Source of the DNA: Chromatiales bacterium
GTDB lineage: Bacteria; Pseudomonadota; Gammaproteobacteria; SZUA-140
Direction of reading: 5' to 3'
DNA: 64,000 nucleotides
Assembly: GCA_050486285.1 (NCBI GenBank)
Contig: JBJHCZ010000010.1
Span: 11,034 to 75,033 of the forward strand
Part shown: piece by piece, positions 30,450 to 40,132 of the stretch
How the letters are laid out: every line of letters starts with the position of its first letter
How positions within the stretch are numbered: position 1 is the first letter of the stretch
The notes under the pieces: generated by a model
Seen by the model: the letters and a program-made list of their open reading frames with translations, nothing else
Told to the model about the DNA's origin: nothing
Databases searched by the model: none
Position numbers and translations under genes: made by a program

Positions 30450-31887
30450 GGGAATCCGCAGGCGTCGGCGCGCCGCTCAAGCCCTTGATAATAATTCAAG
30501 AATCTCTCAGGTAAGGATCCCCGACATTAGCACGCCGGTCGTTATCCCGCGTTCCGGGCACAATATCTCGCGCAAGGGCATCAGCGAGAACGCCCTGAAG
30601 GTCCTGCATCGTCTCAAGGAGGCCGGTTACGGCGCCTACCTCGTCGGCGGCTGCGTGCGCGACATGCTGCTCGGCCGTGAGCCGAAGGACTTCGATGTCT
30701 CGACCGACGCGAAACCGGAGGAGGTCAAGCAGGTCTTTCGCAACTGCCGTCTGATCGGCCGGCGCTTCCGCCTCGCCCATGTCCACTTCGGTCGCGAGAT
30801 CATCGAGGTCGCGACCTTCCGCGCCCGTCATGTCGGCGACGAGGACGAGGATGGCCGCCTGATCGAGAACGGGCGCATCATCCGCGACAATGTCTACGGC
30901 ACGATCGAGGAAGACGCCTGGCGGCGCGACTTCACGATCAACGCGCTCTATTACAACATCAGCGACTTCAGCGTCGTCGATTATGTCGGCGGCGTCGAGG
31001 ACATCCGCGACGGCGTGCTGCGCCTGATCGGCGATCCGGCGGTGCGCTTCCACGAGGATCCGGTGCGCATGCTGCGCGCGGTGCGTTTCGCGGTCAAGCT
31101 CGGTTTCCGCATCGATCCGGCGGTCGAGGCCGCGATCCATGAACATGCGGCGCTGCTGGGCGGGATCTCGCCGGCGCGTCTGTACGAGGAAGTACTGAAG
31201 CTGTTCCAGGGCGGCAGCGCGGAACAGACGATGGAGATGCTGCGACATTACCGGCTGTTCGAGCAGCTGTTCCCGGAGACGGAGCGCTGTCTCGACGACC
31301 CCGAGCAGGGCGATTTTCGCGCGCTGCTGACACGCGCGCTGGCGAATACCGACGCCCGCGTCGGCGAGGGCAAGCCGGTGACGCCGGCCTTTCTCTATGC
31401 CGCGCTGCTGTGGGGACCGATGCGCGCCGAGGCGCGGCGGTTGCAGGCGGCGGGGGCGCCGGAGATCTCCTCGCTGCAGCAGGCCTCGCGTGATGTCATG
31501 CAGGCGCAGAGCCAGCATGCGATCCTGCCGCGCCGGTTCGCGTCGCAGATGCGCGAGATCTGGATATTGCAGCCGCGCCTGCAGCGCAATTCCGGCAAGC
31601 GCGCCCTGCGCCTGTTGCAGCACCCGCGCTTTCGCGCCGCCTATGACTTCCTGCTGTTGCGCGCGGAGACCGGCGAGGACCTGGCCGACCTGGCCGAGTG
31701 GTGGACCAACTTCCAGCAGAGCGACGAGGCGCGCAGCGAACTGCTGGCGGCGCCGCGGGCGGACAACCGGGCGAGCGACGACGAGTCCGATACAAAATCG
31801 CCGGCGCGCCGTCGCCGTCGTCGGCGCCGCCGGGGCGGCAGCGCGCGCAAGGGGCAAGCGGCGGCGGAATCCGCCGGGGAGTCCTGA
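30442..31887 (+). CDS. pcnB: poly(A) polymerase I
   Basis: ISENALKVLHRLKEAGYGAYLVGGCVRDMLLGREPKDFDVSTDAKPEEV...RRDFTINALYY plus a basic C-terminal tail. The start is uncertain: TTG 30442 lies inside the tRNA promoter, and in-frame ATT 30526 with AGGA 8 nt upstream is an alternative (see findings). Confidence 0.9.
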   Translation: MYKGIRRRRRAAQALDNNSRISQVRIPDISTPVVIPRSGHNISRKGISENALKVLHRLKEAGYGAYLVGGCVRDMLLGREPKDFDVSTDAKPEEVKQVFRNCRLIGRRFRLAHVHFGREIIEVATFRARHVGDEDEDGRLIENGRIIRDNVYGTIEEDAWRRDFTINALYYNISDFSVVDYVGGVEDIRDGVLRLIGDPAVRFHEDPVRMLRAVRFAVKLGFRIDPAVEAAIHEHAALLGGISPARLYEEVLKLFQGGSAEQTMEMLRHYRLFEQLFPETERCLDDPEQGDFRALLTRALANTDARVGEGKPVTPAFLYAALLWGPMRAEARRLQAAGAPEISSLQQASRDVMQAQSQHAILPRRFASQMREIWILQPRLQRNSGKRALRLLQHPRFRAAYDFLLLRAETGEDLADLAEWWTNFQQSDEARSELLAAPRADNRASDDESDTKSPARRRRRRRRRGGSARKGQAAAESAGES

Positions 31888-31994
31888 GTCACGCGCTGGG
31901 CTATACTATCCTTTGACCAGGCCCCTGACCGGGCGGCGATCGCCGGGCCTATGTCTGATCCGGTTCCCGATCCAGTTTCCGAGGTCATCACGCA

Positions 31995-32543
31995 TTGAAT
32001 CCGGCATACAGCCATGACAGCAACCCGCAGGGCGCGGCGCGGCGCACGCAGGCCTGCATCGGCCTCGGCAGCAATCTCGAGCAGCCGGCGGCGCAGATCG
32101 CGCGCGCGTTCACCGCGCTCGGCCGCCTGCCGGACACCCGCCTGCTGGCGCGTTCCTCGCTGTATAGAAGCCGCCCGCTCGGCGAGCTCGATCAGCCCGA
32201 TTATCTGAACGCCGTCGCCGTGCTCGAGACCGGGCTGGATGCCCATGCGCTGCTCGATGCGTTGCAGGCGATCGAGGCGGCGCAGGGGCGGGTCCGCGAC
32301 GGCGGGCGCTGGGCCGCGCGCACGCTCGACCTCGACCTGCTGGTCTACGGCGATGAACGTCATGACGATGCGCGCCTGACGGTGCCGCATCCGGGCATGA
32401 CGCAGCGCGACTTCGTGCTCTATCCGCTGTTCGAGATCGCGCCGGGACTCACCATCCCCGGCATCGGCCCGTTGCGCGCCTGTCTCGCCGCCTGCCCGCT
32501 GCGCGGCATCGAGCGCGTCGCGGCGCGGGGGACCGGGACATGA
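31995..32543 (+). CDS. folK: 2-amino-4-hydroxy-6-hydroxymethyldihydropteridine diphosphokinase
   Basis: CIGLGSNLEQPAAQI...LYRSRPLGELDQPDYLNAVAVLET...RWAARTLDLDLLVYGD...LTVPHPGMTQRDFVLYPLFEIAP, typical HPPK, in pcnB-folK synteny. Start (TTG 31995) uncertain. Confidence 0.9.
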   Translation: MNPAYSHDSNPQGAARRTQACIGLGSNLEQPAAQIARAFTALGRLPDTRLLARSSLYRSRPLGELDQPDYLNAVAVLETGLDAHALLDALQAIEAAQGRVRDGGRWAARTLDLDLLVYGDERHDDARLTVPHPGMTQRDFVLYPLFEIAPGLTIPGIGPLRACLAACPLRGIERVAARGTGT

Positions 32544-33193
32544 GCGGCAGCCGCCGTCGCGAGTACATCGTCATCGAGGGGCCGATCGGCGTCGGCAAGA
32601 CCAGCCTCGCGCGCCGCCTTGCGCAGACCTTCGAATCGGAACTGCTGCTCGAGGGCGCGGCCGATAATCCTTTTCTCGAGCGGTTCTACCGCAGTCCGCG
32701 CGAGGCGGCGCTACCGACGCAGTTGTTCTTTCTGTTCCAGCGCGCCCGCCAGATGCAGGCGCTGCGCCAGGGCGACATCTTCAATCCGGTGCGGGTATCG
32801 GATTTCCTGATGGAGAAGGACCGGCTGTTCGCGAGCCTGACGCTCGATGACGAGGAGCTCAAGCTCTATGACCAGGTCTACGCGCAGATGACGATCGACG
32901 TGCCGGTGCCGGATCTCGTCGTCTACCTGCAGGCGCCGGCGGAGGTGCTGATGCGGCGCATACGCGGCCGCGGCATCGCCTACGAACAGCTGATCGACCA
33001 GGAATATCTCACGCGCATCGTCGATGCCTATGCGCGCCTGTTCCACTACTACGACGCATCGCCGCTGCTGATCGTCAACGCCACCGAGATCGATCTCGTC
33101 AACAACGAGCAGGACTACGAGGCGCTGGTCGATCGCATCTGCGGCATCCACAGCGGGCGACATTATTTCAATCCGATGTCGCTGGCGCTGTAG
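32540..33193 (+). CDS. deoxynucleoside kinase family protein
   Basis: 217 aa: YIVIEGPIGVGKTSLARRLAQ (P-loop), DNPFLERFY, VSDFLMEKDRLFA, RIRGRGIAYEQ. Overlaps the folK stop. Confidence 0.85.
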   Translation: MSGSRRREYIVIEGPIGVGKTSLARRLAQTFESELLLEGAADNPFLERFYRSPREAALPTQLFFLFQRARQMQALRQGDIFNPVRVSDFLMEKDRLFASLTLDDEELKLYDQVYAQMTIDVPVPDLVVYLQAPAEVLMRRIRGRGIAYEQLIDQEYLTRIVDAYARLFHYYDASPLLIVNATEIDLVNNEQDYEALVDRICGIHSGRHYFNPMSLAL

Positions 33194-33218
33194 CGTCGCG
33201 GCGCCGCGCGGTGAGGCC

Positions 33219-34037
33219 ATGAGCGCACATCCCCCCGAAGCCCCCGAGATCACGATCCGGACGCTGCGCGACATGAAGGCGCGTGGCGAGAAGTTCGCGT
33301 GCCTGACGGCCTATGATGCGAGCTTCGCGCAACTCCTCGAGGCGGCCGGGGTCGAGGTGCTGCTGGTCGGCGATTCGCTCGGCATGGTGATCCAGGGCCG
33401 CGAGACGACGTTACCGGTGTCGCTCGCCGACATGGTCTATCACACGCGCTGCGTCGCCCGCGGCCGCCGCCGCGCGCTGATCATGACCGACATGCCGTAC
33501 ATGAGCGCGTCGACGCCGGCGCGCGCGCTCGGCAATGCCGCGCGCCTGCTGCAGGAGGGCGGCGCGCATATCGTCAAGATCGAGGGCGGACGCGTCATCG
33601 AAGACGCCGTCGCGCGCCTCTCCAGCAACGGGATTCCGGTCTGCGCGCACCTCGGCCTGCTGCCGCAGTCGGTGCACAAGACCGGCGGGTATCGTGTGCA
33701 GGGCCGCGCGCCGGCCGATGCGGCCGGGCTGCTCGAGGACGCTAAGCGTCTGACCGCGGCCGGCGCCGATTGCGTGCTGCTCGAATGCGTGCCGGCCGCG
33801 CTCGCCGCCGAGGTCACTCGCAGCGTCGACGTCCCGGTGATCGGCATCGGCGCCGGCGCCGGTTGCGACGGTCAGGTGCTGGTCCTGTACGACATGCTCG
33901 GCATCACGCCGGGTCGGCGGCCGCGCTTCTCCCGCGACTTTCTCGCCGGCGCCGGCGGCGTCCCGGCCGCGATCGAGGCCTATGTCGGCGCGGTCAAACG
34001 CGGCGAGTTTCCGGCCGCCGAGCATACCTTCGCCTGA
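33219..34037 (+). CDS. panB: 3-methyl-2-oxobutanoate hydroxymethyltransferase
   Basis: 272 aa: KFACLTAYDASFAQLLEAAGVEVLLVGDSLGMVIQG...HIVKIEGG...LLECVP, typical PanB. Confidence 0.96.
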   Translation: MSAHPPEAPEITIRTLRDMKARGEKFACLTAYDASFAQLLEAAGVEVLLVGDSLGMVIQGRETTLPVSLADMVYHTRCVARGRRRALIMTDMPYMSASTPARALGNAARLLQEGGAHIVKIEGGRVIEDAVARLSSNGIPVCAHLGLLPQSVHKTGGYRVQGRAPADAAGLLEDAKRLTAAGADCVLLECVPAALAAEVTRSVDVPVIGIGAGAGCDGQVLVLYDMLGITPGRRPRFSRDFLAGAGGVPAAIEAYVGAVKRGEFPAAEHTFA

Positions 34038-34879
34038 TGCGAACGGCAGAGACGCGCCGCGAACTCGAGGCGGCCGTCCGCGACTGGCGGTCGCGCGGCG
34101 AGATCATCGCCTTCGTGCCGACGATGGGCAACCTGCATGACGGTCACCTGCGACTCGTCGATGCCGCGCGCGCGCGCGCCGGTCGCGTCGTCGTCAGCAT
34201 CTTCGTCAATCCGCTCCAGTTCAACGATCCCGGCGATCTCGCCCGCTATCCGCGCACGCCCGGCGAGGACAGCGCGCTGCTGCATGCGCGCGGCGTCGAC
34301 CTGCTGTATCTGCCGGAGGTCGGCGAGATCTACCCGCGCGGCGTCGATGCAGGTACCCGGATCGAGGTGCCGGGCCTGTCGGACATCCTCTGCGGCGTGC
34401 ATCGGCCGGGACATTTCACCGGCGTCGCGACCGTCGTCGCGACGTTGTTCAACAGCGTGCGGCCGGATCGCGCGTTGTTCGGCATGAAGGACTACCAGCA
34501 GCTGCTGGTGATCCGCCGCATGGTCGATGATCTGGCCTTCCCGGTCGAAATCATCGCGGTGGAGACGGCGCGCGAGGCGGACGGCCTGGCGCTGAGTTCC
34601 CGCAACCGGCATCTGTCGGCGGAAGAGCGCGCGAGGGCGCCGGAGCTGTATCGCGCGTTGACGATGCTGCGGGAGCGGCTGCGCGCGGGCACGCGCGATT
34701 ATCCGGCGCTCGAGGCGCTGGGTCGCGAGCGCCTTGAAATGGCGGGATTTCGCCCCGATTACCTCAGTATCCGGCGTCTCGATGATCTGGCGCCGCCCGG
34801 TCCGGACCCGGCCCCCCTGATCGTGCTGGCCGCCGCCTGGATCGGCGAGACGCGCCTGATCGACAATGTGCCGGTATGA
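34037..34879 (+). CDS. panC: pantoate--beta-alanine ligase
   Basis: MRTAETRRELEAAVRDWRSRGEIIAFVPTMGNLHDGHLRLVD...VSIFVNPLQF. ATG 34037 overlaps the panB stop (TGATG). Confidence 0.95.
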   Translation: MRTAETRRELEAAVRDWRSRGEIIAFVPTMGNLHDGHLRLVDAARARAGRVVVSIFVNPLQFNDPGDLARYPRTPGEDSALLHARGVDLLYLPEVGEIYPRGVDAGTRIEVPGLSDILCGVHRPGHFTGVATVVATLFNSVRPDRALFGMKDYQQLLVIRRMVDDLAFPVEIIAVETAREADGLALSSRNRHLSAEERARAPELYRALTMLRERLRAGTRDYPALEALGRERLEMAGFRPDYLSIRRLDDLAPPGPDPAPLIVLAAAWIGETRLIDNVPV

Positions 34880-34973
34880 AGGTCCGCGGAGATCCTCGGG
34901 TTTTTCTCCGGGTTCCGGGATGCTAGAATCGCGGTCTGCCGGAGATCGTCGGCGAAACGGGATGAGAGCCTGA

Positions 34974-35354
34974 ATGCAACGTACCTTACTGAAGGCCAAG
35001 CTGCACCGCGCGCGGGTGACCCATGCGGAGCTCGACTACGAGGGTTCGATGGCGATCGACGAGAACCTGCTCGAGGCGGCCGGCATCCTGGAGTTCGAGC
35101 AGATCCACGTCTACAACATCGCCAACGGCGAGCGTTTCGTGACCTACGCGATCCCGGCCCAGCGCGGCTCGGGCATCGTCTCGGTCAACGGCGCGGCCGC
35201 CCACAAGGCCAGCCCCGGCGACCGCGTCATCATCTGCATCTACGCGACCCTGAACCAGCAGGAAGCCGCGGCCCACAAGCCGACGCTGGTCTACGTCGAC
35301 GAAGACAACCGCATCACCCACCGTCGCAACCACATCCCCCGCCAGGTCGCCTGA
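34974..35354 (+). CDS. panD: aspartate 1-decarboxylase
   Basis: 126 aa: [55 protein letters not shown], including the GS self-cleavage site. Confidence 0.96.
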   Translation: MQRTLLKAKLHRARVTHAELDYEGSMAIDENLLEAAGILEFEQIHVYNIANGERFVTYAIPAQRGSGIVSVNGAAAHKASPGDRVIICIYATLNQQEAAAHKPTLVYVDEDNRITHRRNHIPRQVA

Positions 35355-35499
35355 CCTGCTGTCGAAGCGGTCTCCCCCCGGGGCTTTCTGCAGCGAAGTC
35401 AAGCGCAGCCTCGCCGGAGCCCGAAGGGTGCCGCGCAGCGGCAGCGAGGCGAGCCATTCGCGGAGGAAAGCCCCGGGGGGAGACCGCTTCGACAGCAGG
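35355..35499. repeat. 145-bp hairpin with a perfect 34-bp stem that fills the whole panD/ppc convergent spacer
   Basis: CCTGCTGTCGAAGCGGTCTCCCCCCGGGGCTTTC (35355-35388) is perfectly complementary to 35466-35499. It begins 1 nt after the panD stop and ends 1 nt before the ppc stop codon. There is further pairing inside the 77-nt loop (GCCTCGC/GCGAGGC, GCGAA/TTCGC). Confidence 0.95.
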
Positions 35500-38364
35500 C
35501 TAACCGGTGTTGCGCATGCCGGCCGCGATCGCATTGATCGATCGCAGCAGCGGATCGAGCCAGGTGTTGCGCTCTTCTTCACTCAACTGCGGGTCGCGAT
35601 AGCGCTGCAGCAGCGTGATCTGGATGTGACTCAAGGGGTCGAGATAGGGATTGCGGCGGCTCAACGACAGCGCCAGCACCGGGTTTTCCTCGATCAGCCG
35701 CCGCGCGCCGGCAGCCTTCAGCGTCTGCTGCACGGTCCAGTGGTATTCGCTGTGGATGCGGCTGAAGATCTGCGTCGCCAGCCCGTGATCACTGCACAGC
35801 TCCGCGTATTCACGCGCGATGTTCATGTCGGCCTTGAACAGCGACATCTGGGTGTTGCTGAGCAGTGCGCGGAAGAACGGCCAGTGGCGGTGCATGTCGT
35901 GCAGGGCCTCGAGCCGGTTCGCGTCGCTGCCGGACCACGCGTGCAGCGCGGTGCCGATGCCGTACCATGCCGGGATCGTGTGGCGTGACTGCGCCCAGCC
36001 GAATACCCAGGGAATTGCGCGTATCGAACTCTTCGTGCGATCGGTCTTGCGCCGGTGGCTCGGACGCGAGCCGATGTTCAGCATGCCGATCTCGGTGACC
36101 GGCGTCGCCTCGTAGAAGTAATCGAGGAAGTTCGGCGTCTCGTCGACGAGGCCGCGATAGGCAGACTCGCCGGCCTCCGCGATCTCCTGCATCGCCGCCA
36201 GGTGGCGCGGGTCGACCCGCGGCGTCTCCGCGACCAGGCCCTTGCTGGCCTTCATCAGGCCGGTGATGCCGACGCCGAGTTCGTAGATCGCGGTCTCCTT
36301 GTGGCTGTACTTGTAGGAGACCATCTCGCCCTGTTCGGTGAACTTGATGCGGCCCTGCACGGTGCCGGGCGGCTGCGCGAGGATCGCCTCGTGGGTCGGG
36401 CCGCCGCCGCGGCCGATGGTGCCGCCGCGGCCGTGGAACAGGCAGCAGCCGACGCCGCGCTGCTCGGTCAGGTTCGCGATCGCGATCTGCGCCTTGTACA
36501 GCGACCAGGCCGATGCGAGGATGCCGCCGTCCTTGCAGGAATCGGAGTAGCCGAGCATGATCTCCTGCTGGTTGCCGGAGGCGCGCAGCAGATCCAGATA
36601 GATATTGCAGTCGAGCAGGTCGCTCATGACCGGCTCGATGCGATTCAGGTCGTCGATGGTCTCGAACAGCGGCGAGACGCGCAGGTGACAGTAGCGCTCG
36701 CCGTTGGGCGTGCGGCCGAGCAGTCCGGCCTGGCGCGCGAGGAAGATCACTTCCATGACGTGACTCGCGCTGTGCGTCATAGAGATCACATAGCTGCCGA
36801 AGGCGTCCCGGCTGATTTCGCGGTGCATCTTCGCCATGACCTCGAAGACGGCCAGCGTCTCGAGCGTCGGTTCCGACAGCAGCGAGGCATCGCGCGCGAG
36901 CGGCGCCTTCTCGACGAGATCGCACAGCAGCTCGAGGCGGCGGGTCTCGTCGAGTTCCAGGTAATTGATGCCGCCGGCGGACACCGACAGCAGCTCGGCG
37001 ACCGCCTCGGTGTGGCGCGAGGATTCCTGGCGCACATCGAGATGGGCGAGGAAGAAGCCGAAGGTCTCGACGAGGCGGATCAGGTCTTTCAGGCTGAGAT
37101 CGGCAACCGCGCCGTCGCCGTGCGAGACCAGCGATTCGCGGATCAGATAGAGCTCGTGCAGGAACTCGTCGGAAGAGCGGTAGGCGCCTTCCGGCATCGC
37201 CGACTTGCGGTCGCCCTGCAGCCGCCGGCGCTGGTGATCCAGCATCTGCTGCAACCGCCAGCGCATGATGTAGAGCTTGCGGCGATAGGGTTCGTGGCGG
37301 AAGCGGTCGGCGCCGTAATCGAGCGCATCCTCGGCGTAGCGGTCGTCGCGCCGCAGACTCGCCATGAAGGCATCGGTCGGCGTGCACAGCAGCTTGGATT
37401 GCGTCAGCTCGTGGCCGAGCGCGGTGACGCGCGGCAGGTATTCCTTCAGCGCCGCGACCGCATGCATGCGCACCGCCATCTCGGTGATCTCGGGCGTGAC
37501 GCCCGGGTTGCCGTCGCGGTCGCCGCCGACCCAGGAACCGAAGCGCAGGAAACTCGGCAGCGTGATCGCCTGGGCGGGTGGGAGTTGCGGGCCATAGACG
37601 CGGTCGATCGCGCGCTCGAACTCGCGGTACATCGCCGGCACGGCCTGGAACAGGCTGTCCTGGAAATAATAGATACAGTGGCGGATCTCGCCGGCGACGT
37701 TGGGCTTCTGCACCCGCACCTCGTCGGTCTTCCACAGCGTCTGGATCCAGATCTCGAGCAGATGGAGGATCTCGTCGCGTTCCTCGCGCGACAGCGTCGG
37801 GTCGTCGAGCTGCTGGCTGGTGACGAAGATCCTGCGCAGCGCCTCCATGATCGTATGCCGCTTGGCCTCGGTCGGATGCGCGGTGATGACCGGGTTGTAG
37901 TTCATGTGGTCGAGCACGGTCTGCAACTGGGCCGGACTGACGCCTTCGTTGCGGAACTCGATCAGCGCCTCGTCGAAGGAACCGGTCCAGAGACCGCCGC
38001 CTTCGGCACGGCGCTGGCGGCGGCGGAGCTGGTGCTGGTGCGCCTCCTCGGCGAGATTGACGAGGCTGAAGTAGGTGCTGAACGCGCGCACGACGTGGGT
38101 CATGATCTCGGGGTCGAGTCCGCGGATCAGGCGACCGAGGCGCAGGCGGAGACTCGGCGAGTCCTGCTTGTGCAGGCGGATGTAACCCTTGCGCAGCGTC
38201 TCGACGGCAACGAACACGCGACCGCCGGCCTGCGATCGCAGGACGTTGCCGAGGAGGTTGCCGAACAGCTTGACGCGCGCGCGCAGTTTCTTGTCGTTGG
38301 CGGCGGTGATCTTCTCCGCTTCGGAGAGTTTCGGCGCCGCCTTTCTGGCGCTGGCTTTTTTCAT
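35500..38364 (-). CDS. ppc: phosphoenolpyruvate carboxylase
   Basis: Begins MKKASARKAAPKLSEAEKITAANDKKLRARVKLFGNLLGNVL at ATG 38364. Contains VITAHPTEAKR, ...GYSDSCKDGG..., FHGRGGTIGRGGGP and the C-terminal ...AAGMRNTG signature. The track ORF over-extends to 39423. Confidence 0.96.
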   Translation of the reverse strand: MKKASARKAAPKLSEAEKITAANDKKLRARVKLFGNLLGNVLRSQAGGRVFVAVETLRKGYIRLHKQDSPSLRLRLGRLIRGLDPEIMTHVVRAFSTYFSLVNLAEEAHQHQLRRRQRRAEGGGLWTGSFDEALIEFRNEGVSPAQLQTVLDHMNYNPVITAHPTEAKRHTIMEALRRIFVTSQQLDDPTLSREERDEILHLLEIWIQTLWKTDEVRVQKPNVAGEIRHCIYYFQDSLFQAVPAMYREFERAIDRVYGPQLPPAQAITLPSFLRFGSWVGGDRDGNPGVTPEITEMAVRMHAVAALKEYLPRVTALGHELTQSKLLCTPTDAFMASLRRDDRYAEDALDYGADRFRHEPYRRKLYIMRWRLQQMLDHQRRRLQGDRKSAMPEGAYRSSDEFLHELYLIRESLVSHGDGAVADLSLKDLIRLVETFGFFLAHLDVRQESSRHTEAVAELLSVSAGGINYLELDETRRLELLCDLVEKAPLARDASLLSEPTLETLAVFEVMAKMHREISRDAFGSYVISMTHSASHVMEVIFLARQAGLLGRTPNGERYCHLRVSPLFETIDDLNRIEPVMSDLLDCNIYLDLLRASGNQQEIMLGYSDSCKDGGILASAWSLYKAQIAIANLTEQRGVGCCLFHGRGGTIGRGGGPTHEAILAQPPGTVQGRIKFTEQGEMVSYKYSHKETAIYELGVGITGLMKASKGLVAETPRVDPRHLAAMQEIAEAGESAYRGLVDETPNFLDYFYEATPVTEIGMLNIGSRPSHRRKTDRTKSSIRAIPWVFGWAQSRHTIPAWYGIGTALHAWSGSDANRLEALHDMHRHWPFFRALLSNTQMSLFKADMNIAREYAELCSDHGLATQIFSRIHSEYHWTVQQTLKAAGARRLIEENPVLALSLSRRNPYLDPLSHIQITLLQRYRDPQLSEEERNTWLDPLLRSINAIAAGMRNTG

Positions 38365-38384
38365 GACCGGGGAATTATAGCCGA

Positions 38385-39860
38385 TCAGCCGGCGTTTACC
38401 CCGTTCGCATGCGCGGCGGCCGTGCGGTAGAGTTCGAGATAGCGGCGGGCGCTCTGCCGCCAGCCGAAATCCTGCTGCATTCCCTGAAATATCAGTCGCT
38501 TCCACGCCTTCGGGTGGCGGTAGCAGGCAAGCGCCCGCTGCAAGGCCGCGCGCAGGTGTTCGGGATCGGGGTCGTTGAAGACATAACCGGTCGCGATGCC
38601 GCTTTCGAGCGCCCGGTCGTCGGCATCGATGACGGTGTCGGCGAGCCCGCCGGTGCGGCTGACGACCGGGACCGCGCCGTAGCGCAGGCTGTAGATCTGG
38701 TTGAGCCCGCAGGGCTCGAAGCGGGAAGGCATCACGAAGATGTCGGCACCGGCCTCGATCCGGTGGGCGAGGCCTTCGTCGTAGCCGATGTGCACGCCGA
38801 TGCGTTCCGGCCAGCGCTCGGCCGCCGCCAACAGGCGTTCCTCGAGCGCGCGGTCGCCGCTGCCGAGCACGACGAGTTGCGCCTGCTGTTCCATCAGCCA
38901 GGGCAGGAGGTCGAGCATCAGGTCGACGCCTTTCTGTTCGACCAGGCGGCCGATCATTCCTAACAGCGGAATCTTCCTGTTCTGGGGCAGTCCGAAGTCG
39001 GCCTGCAACGCGGTCTTGTTGGCGAGCTTGCCGGACAGCGTCCAGGCATTGTAGCGACGGGGCAGGTGAGGGTCGCGCGCCGGATTCCACTGGCGATAGT
39101 CGACGCCGTTGAGGATACCGACGAGGCGGTCGGCGCGATGGCGGAGCAGCGCATCGAGTCCGCAGCCGAAGGCGGGCGTCTGGATCTCGCTCGCATAGCG
39201 CGGGCTCACCGTGCTCAGCATGTCCGCGAACGCGATGCCGCCCTTGATGAACGACAGCTTGCCGTAGTATTCGAGTCCGTGCATCGACCACAGCGCTTCC
39301 GGCAGACCGAGACGGGCGTAGGTCTCGGCGGGGAACAGGCCCTGGTAGGACAGGTTGTGGATCGTGAACACCGTCGCCGGGCGCGCGGGCGCCAGGGACA
39401 ACAGCGCGGGGACCAGGCCGCACTGCCAGTCGTTGCCGTGCACGAGGTCGGGGCGCCAGTCGATGCCGGCGTCGCCGAGCGCGACGGCGGCGACCGCGCG
39501 CGCAAACAGCGCGAAGCGTTCGGCGTTATCGGGCCAGTCGCTACCCTGCGGCGTGCCGTAGGGGCCGCCGTCGCGATCGAAATGCCGCGGGGAATCGACC
39601 AGCCAGAACCTGACCGAGCTGCCTGGCAGGCGGGCCTCCAGCAGGCGCACGCCTTGCTCGCCGTCGAGGTTGAGGGTTGCGATCGGCTCGGCATCACGGA
39701 GCCGGCCGAGCGCTTCCCGGTACGCCGGCATGATGACGCGGACGTCGCGCCGCAGGTTCTTGAGCGCGACCGGCAGGCTGCCGGAGACGTCGGCGAGTCC
39801 GCCGGTCTTGATCAGCGGGTGGACTTCACTGCTTGCAAACAGTATTCGTTCAATACTCAT
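38385..39860 (-). CDS. glgA: glycogen synthase (ADP-glucose type)
   Basis: 491 aa: ILFASSEVHPLIKTGGLADVSGSLPVAL...HGNDWQCGLVPALL...MPSRFEPCGLNQIYSLRYGAVPVVSRTGGLADTV. Confidence 0.95.
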   Translation of the reverse strand: MSIERILFASSEVHPLIKTGGLADVSGSLPVALKNLRRDVRVIMPAYREALGRLRDAEPIATLNLDGEQGVRLLEARLPGSSVRFWLVDSPRHFDRDGGPYGTPQGSDWPDNAERFALFARAVAAVALGDAGIDWRPDLVHGNDWQCGLVPALLSLAPARPATVFTIHNLSYQGLFPAETYARLGLPEALWSMHGLEYYGKLSFIKGGIAFADMLSTVSPRYASEIQTPAFGCGLDALLRHRADRLVGILNGVDYRQWNPARDPHLPRRYNAWTLSGKLANKTALQADFGLPQNRKIPLLGMIGRLVEQKGVDLMLDLLPWLMEQQAQLVVLGSGDRALEERLLAAAERWPERIGVHIGYDEGLAHRIEAGADIFVMPSRFEPCGLNQIYSLRYGAVPVVSRTGGLADTVIDADDRALESGIATGYVFNDPDPEHLRAALQRALACYRHPKAWKRLIFQGMQQDFGWRQSARRYLELYRTAAAHANGVNAG

Positions 39861-40132
39861 CGATTCGACAGCCGGGGGGAGGGCAGGGCAGGCGCCGGAT
39901 TGTCCGCACCCGGCGCAGGCTTACTTAATAAAATGCTGCAAGCGTCGATATGCCCCATAGGCCGTTTCTATTATCCCCGGATTGCAGGTAACATACGAAC
40001 GCACTGGAATAAAGGCGTGGACGAATCGATCCGGGACGATCGCGAATATGGATTCAGTTATCCCATATATCGATAGAGAGTTCAATTGTCGGCGGAGTAC
40101 CGCCGGCATAATCAATCAGAGGTAGCGGATTC

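Noticed and set aside
35355-35499. Long hairpins (also 4689-4905, 6130-6202, 46358-46468) interpreted as canonical Rho-independent terminators
   Set aside because: None is followed by a U-tract on either strand. Their stems (20-34 bp) and loops (33-77 nt) are far outside the usual intrinsic-terminator geometry. The one clear canonical terminator found in the window is the one after rplQ (2917-2949).
35810-38430. 641-aa (minus) and 791-aa (plus) ORFs overlapping ppc
   Set aside because: These are alternative frames of the ppc region. PEP carboxylase motifs occur only in the frame ending ...AAGMRNTG. The others are Arg/Pro/Ala-rich artefacts. The same reasoning rejects the other long shadow ORFs (for example 1461-2516, 15940-17535, 21855-23195, 24264-25496, 57830-60166).
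39861-40132. AT-richer 270-bp region between glgA and gnd (with a 64-aa minus-strand ORF), considered as a second island or small gene
   Set aside because: It is a divergent promoter region of ordinary size. The ORF has no SD, and its composition merely reflects non-coding DNA. An imperfect inverted repeat ATATGGAT...ATCCCATAT may be an operator but is too weak to call.
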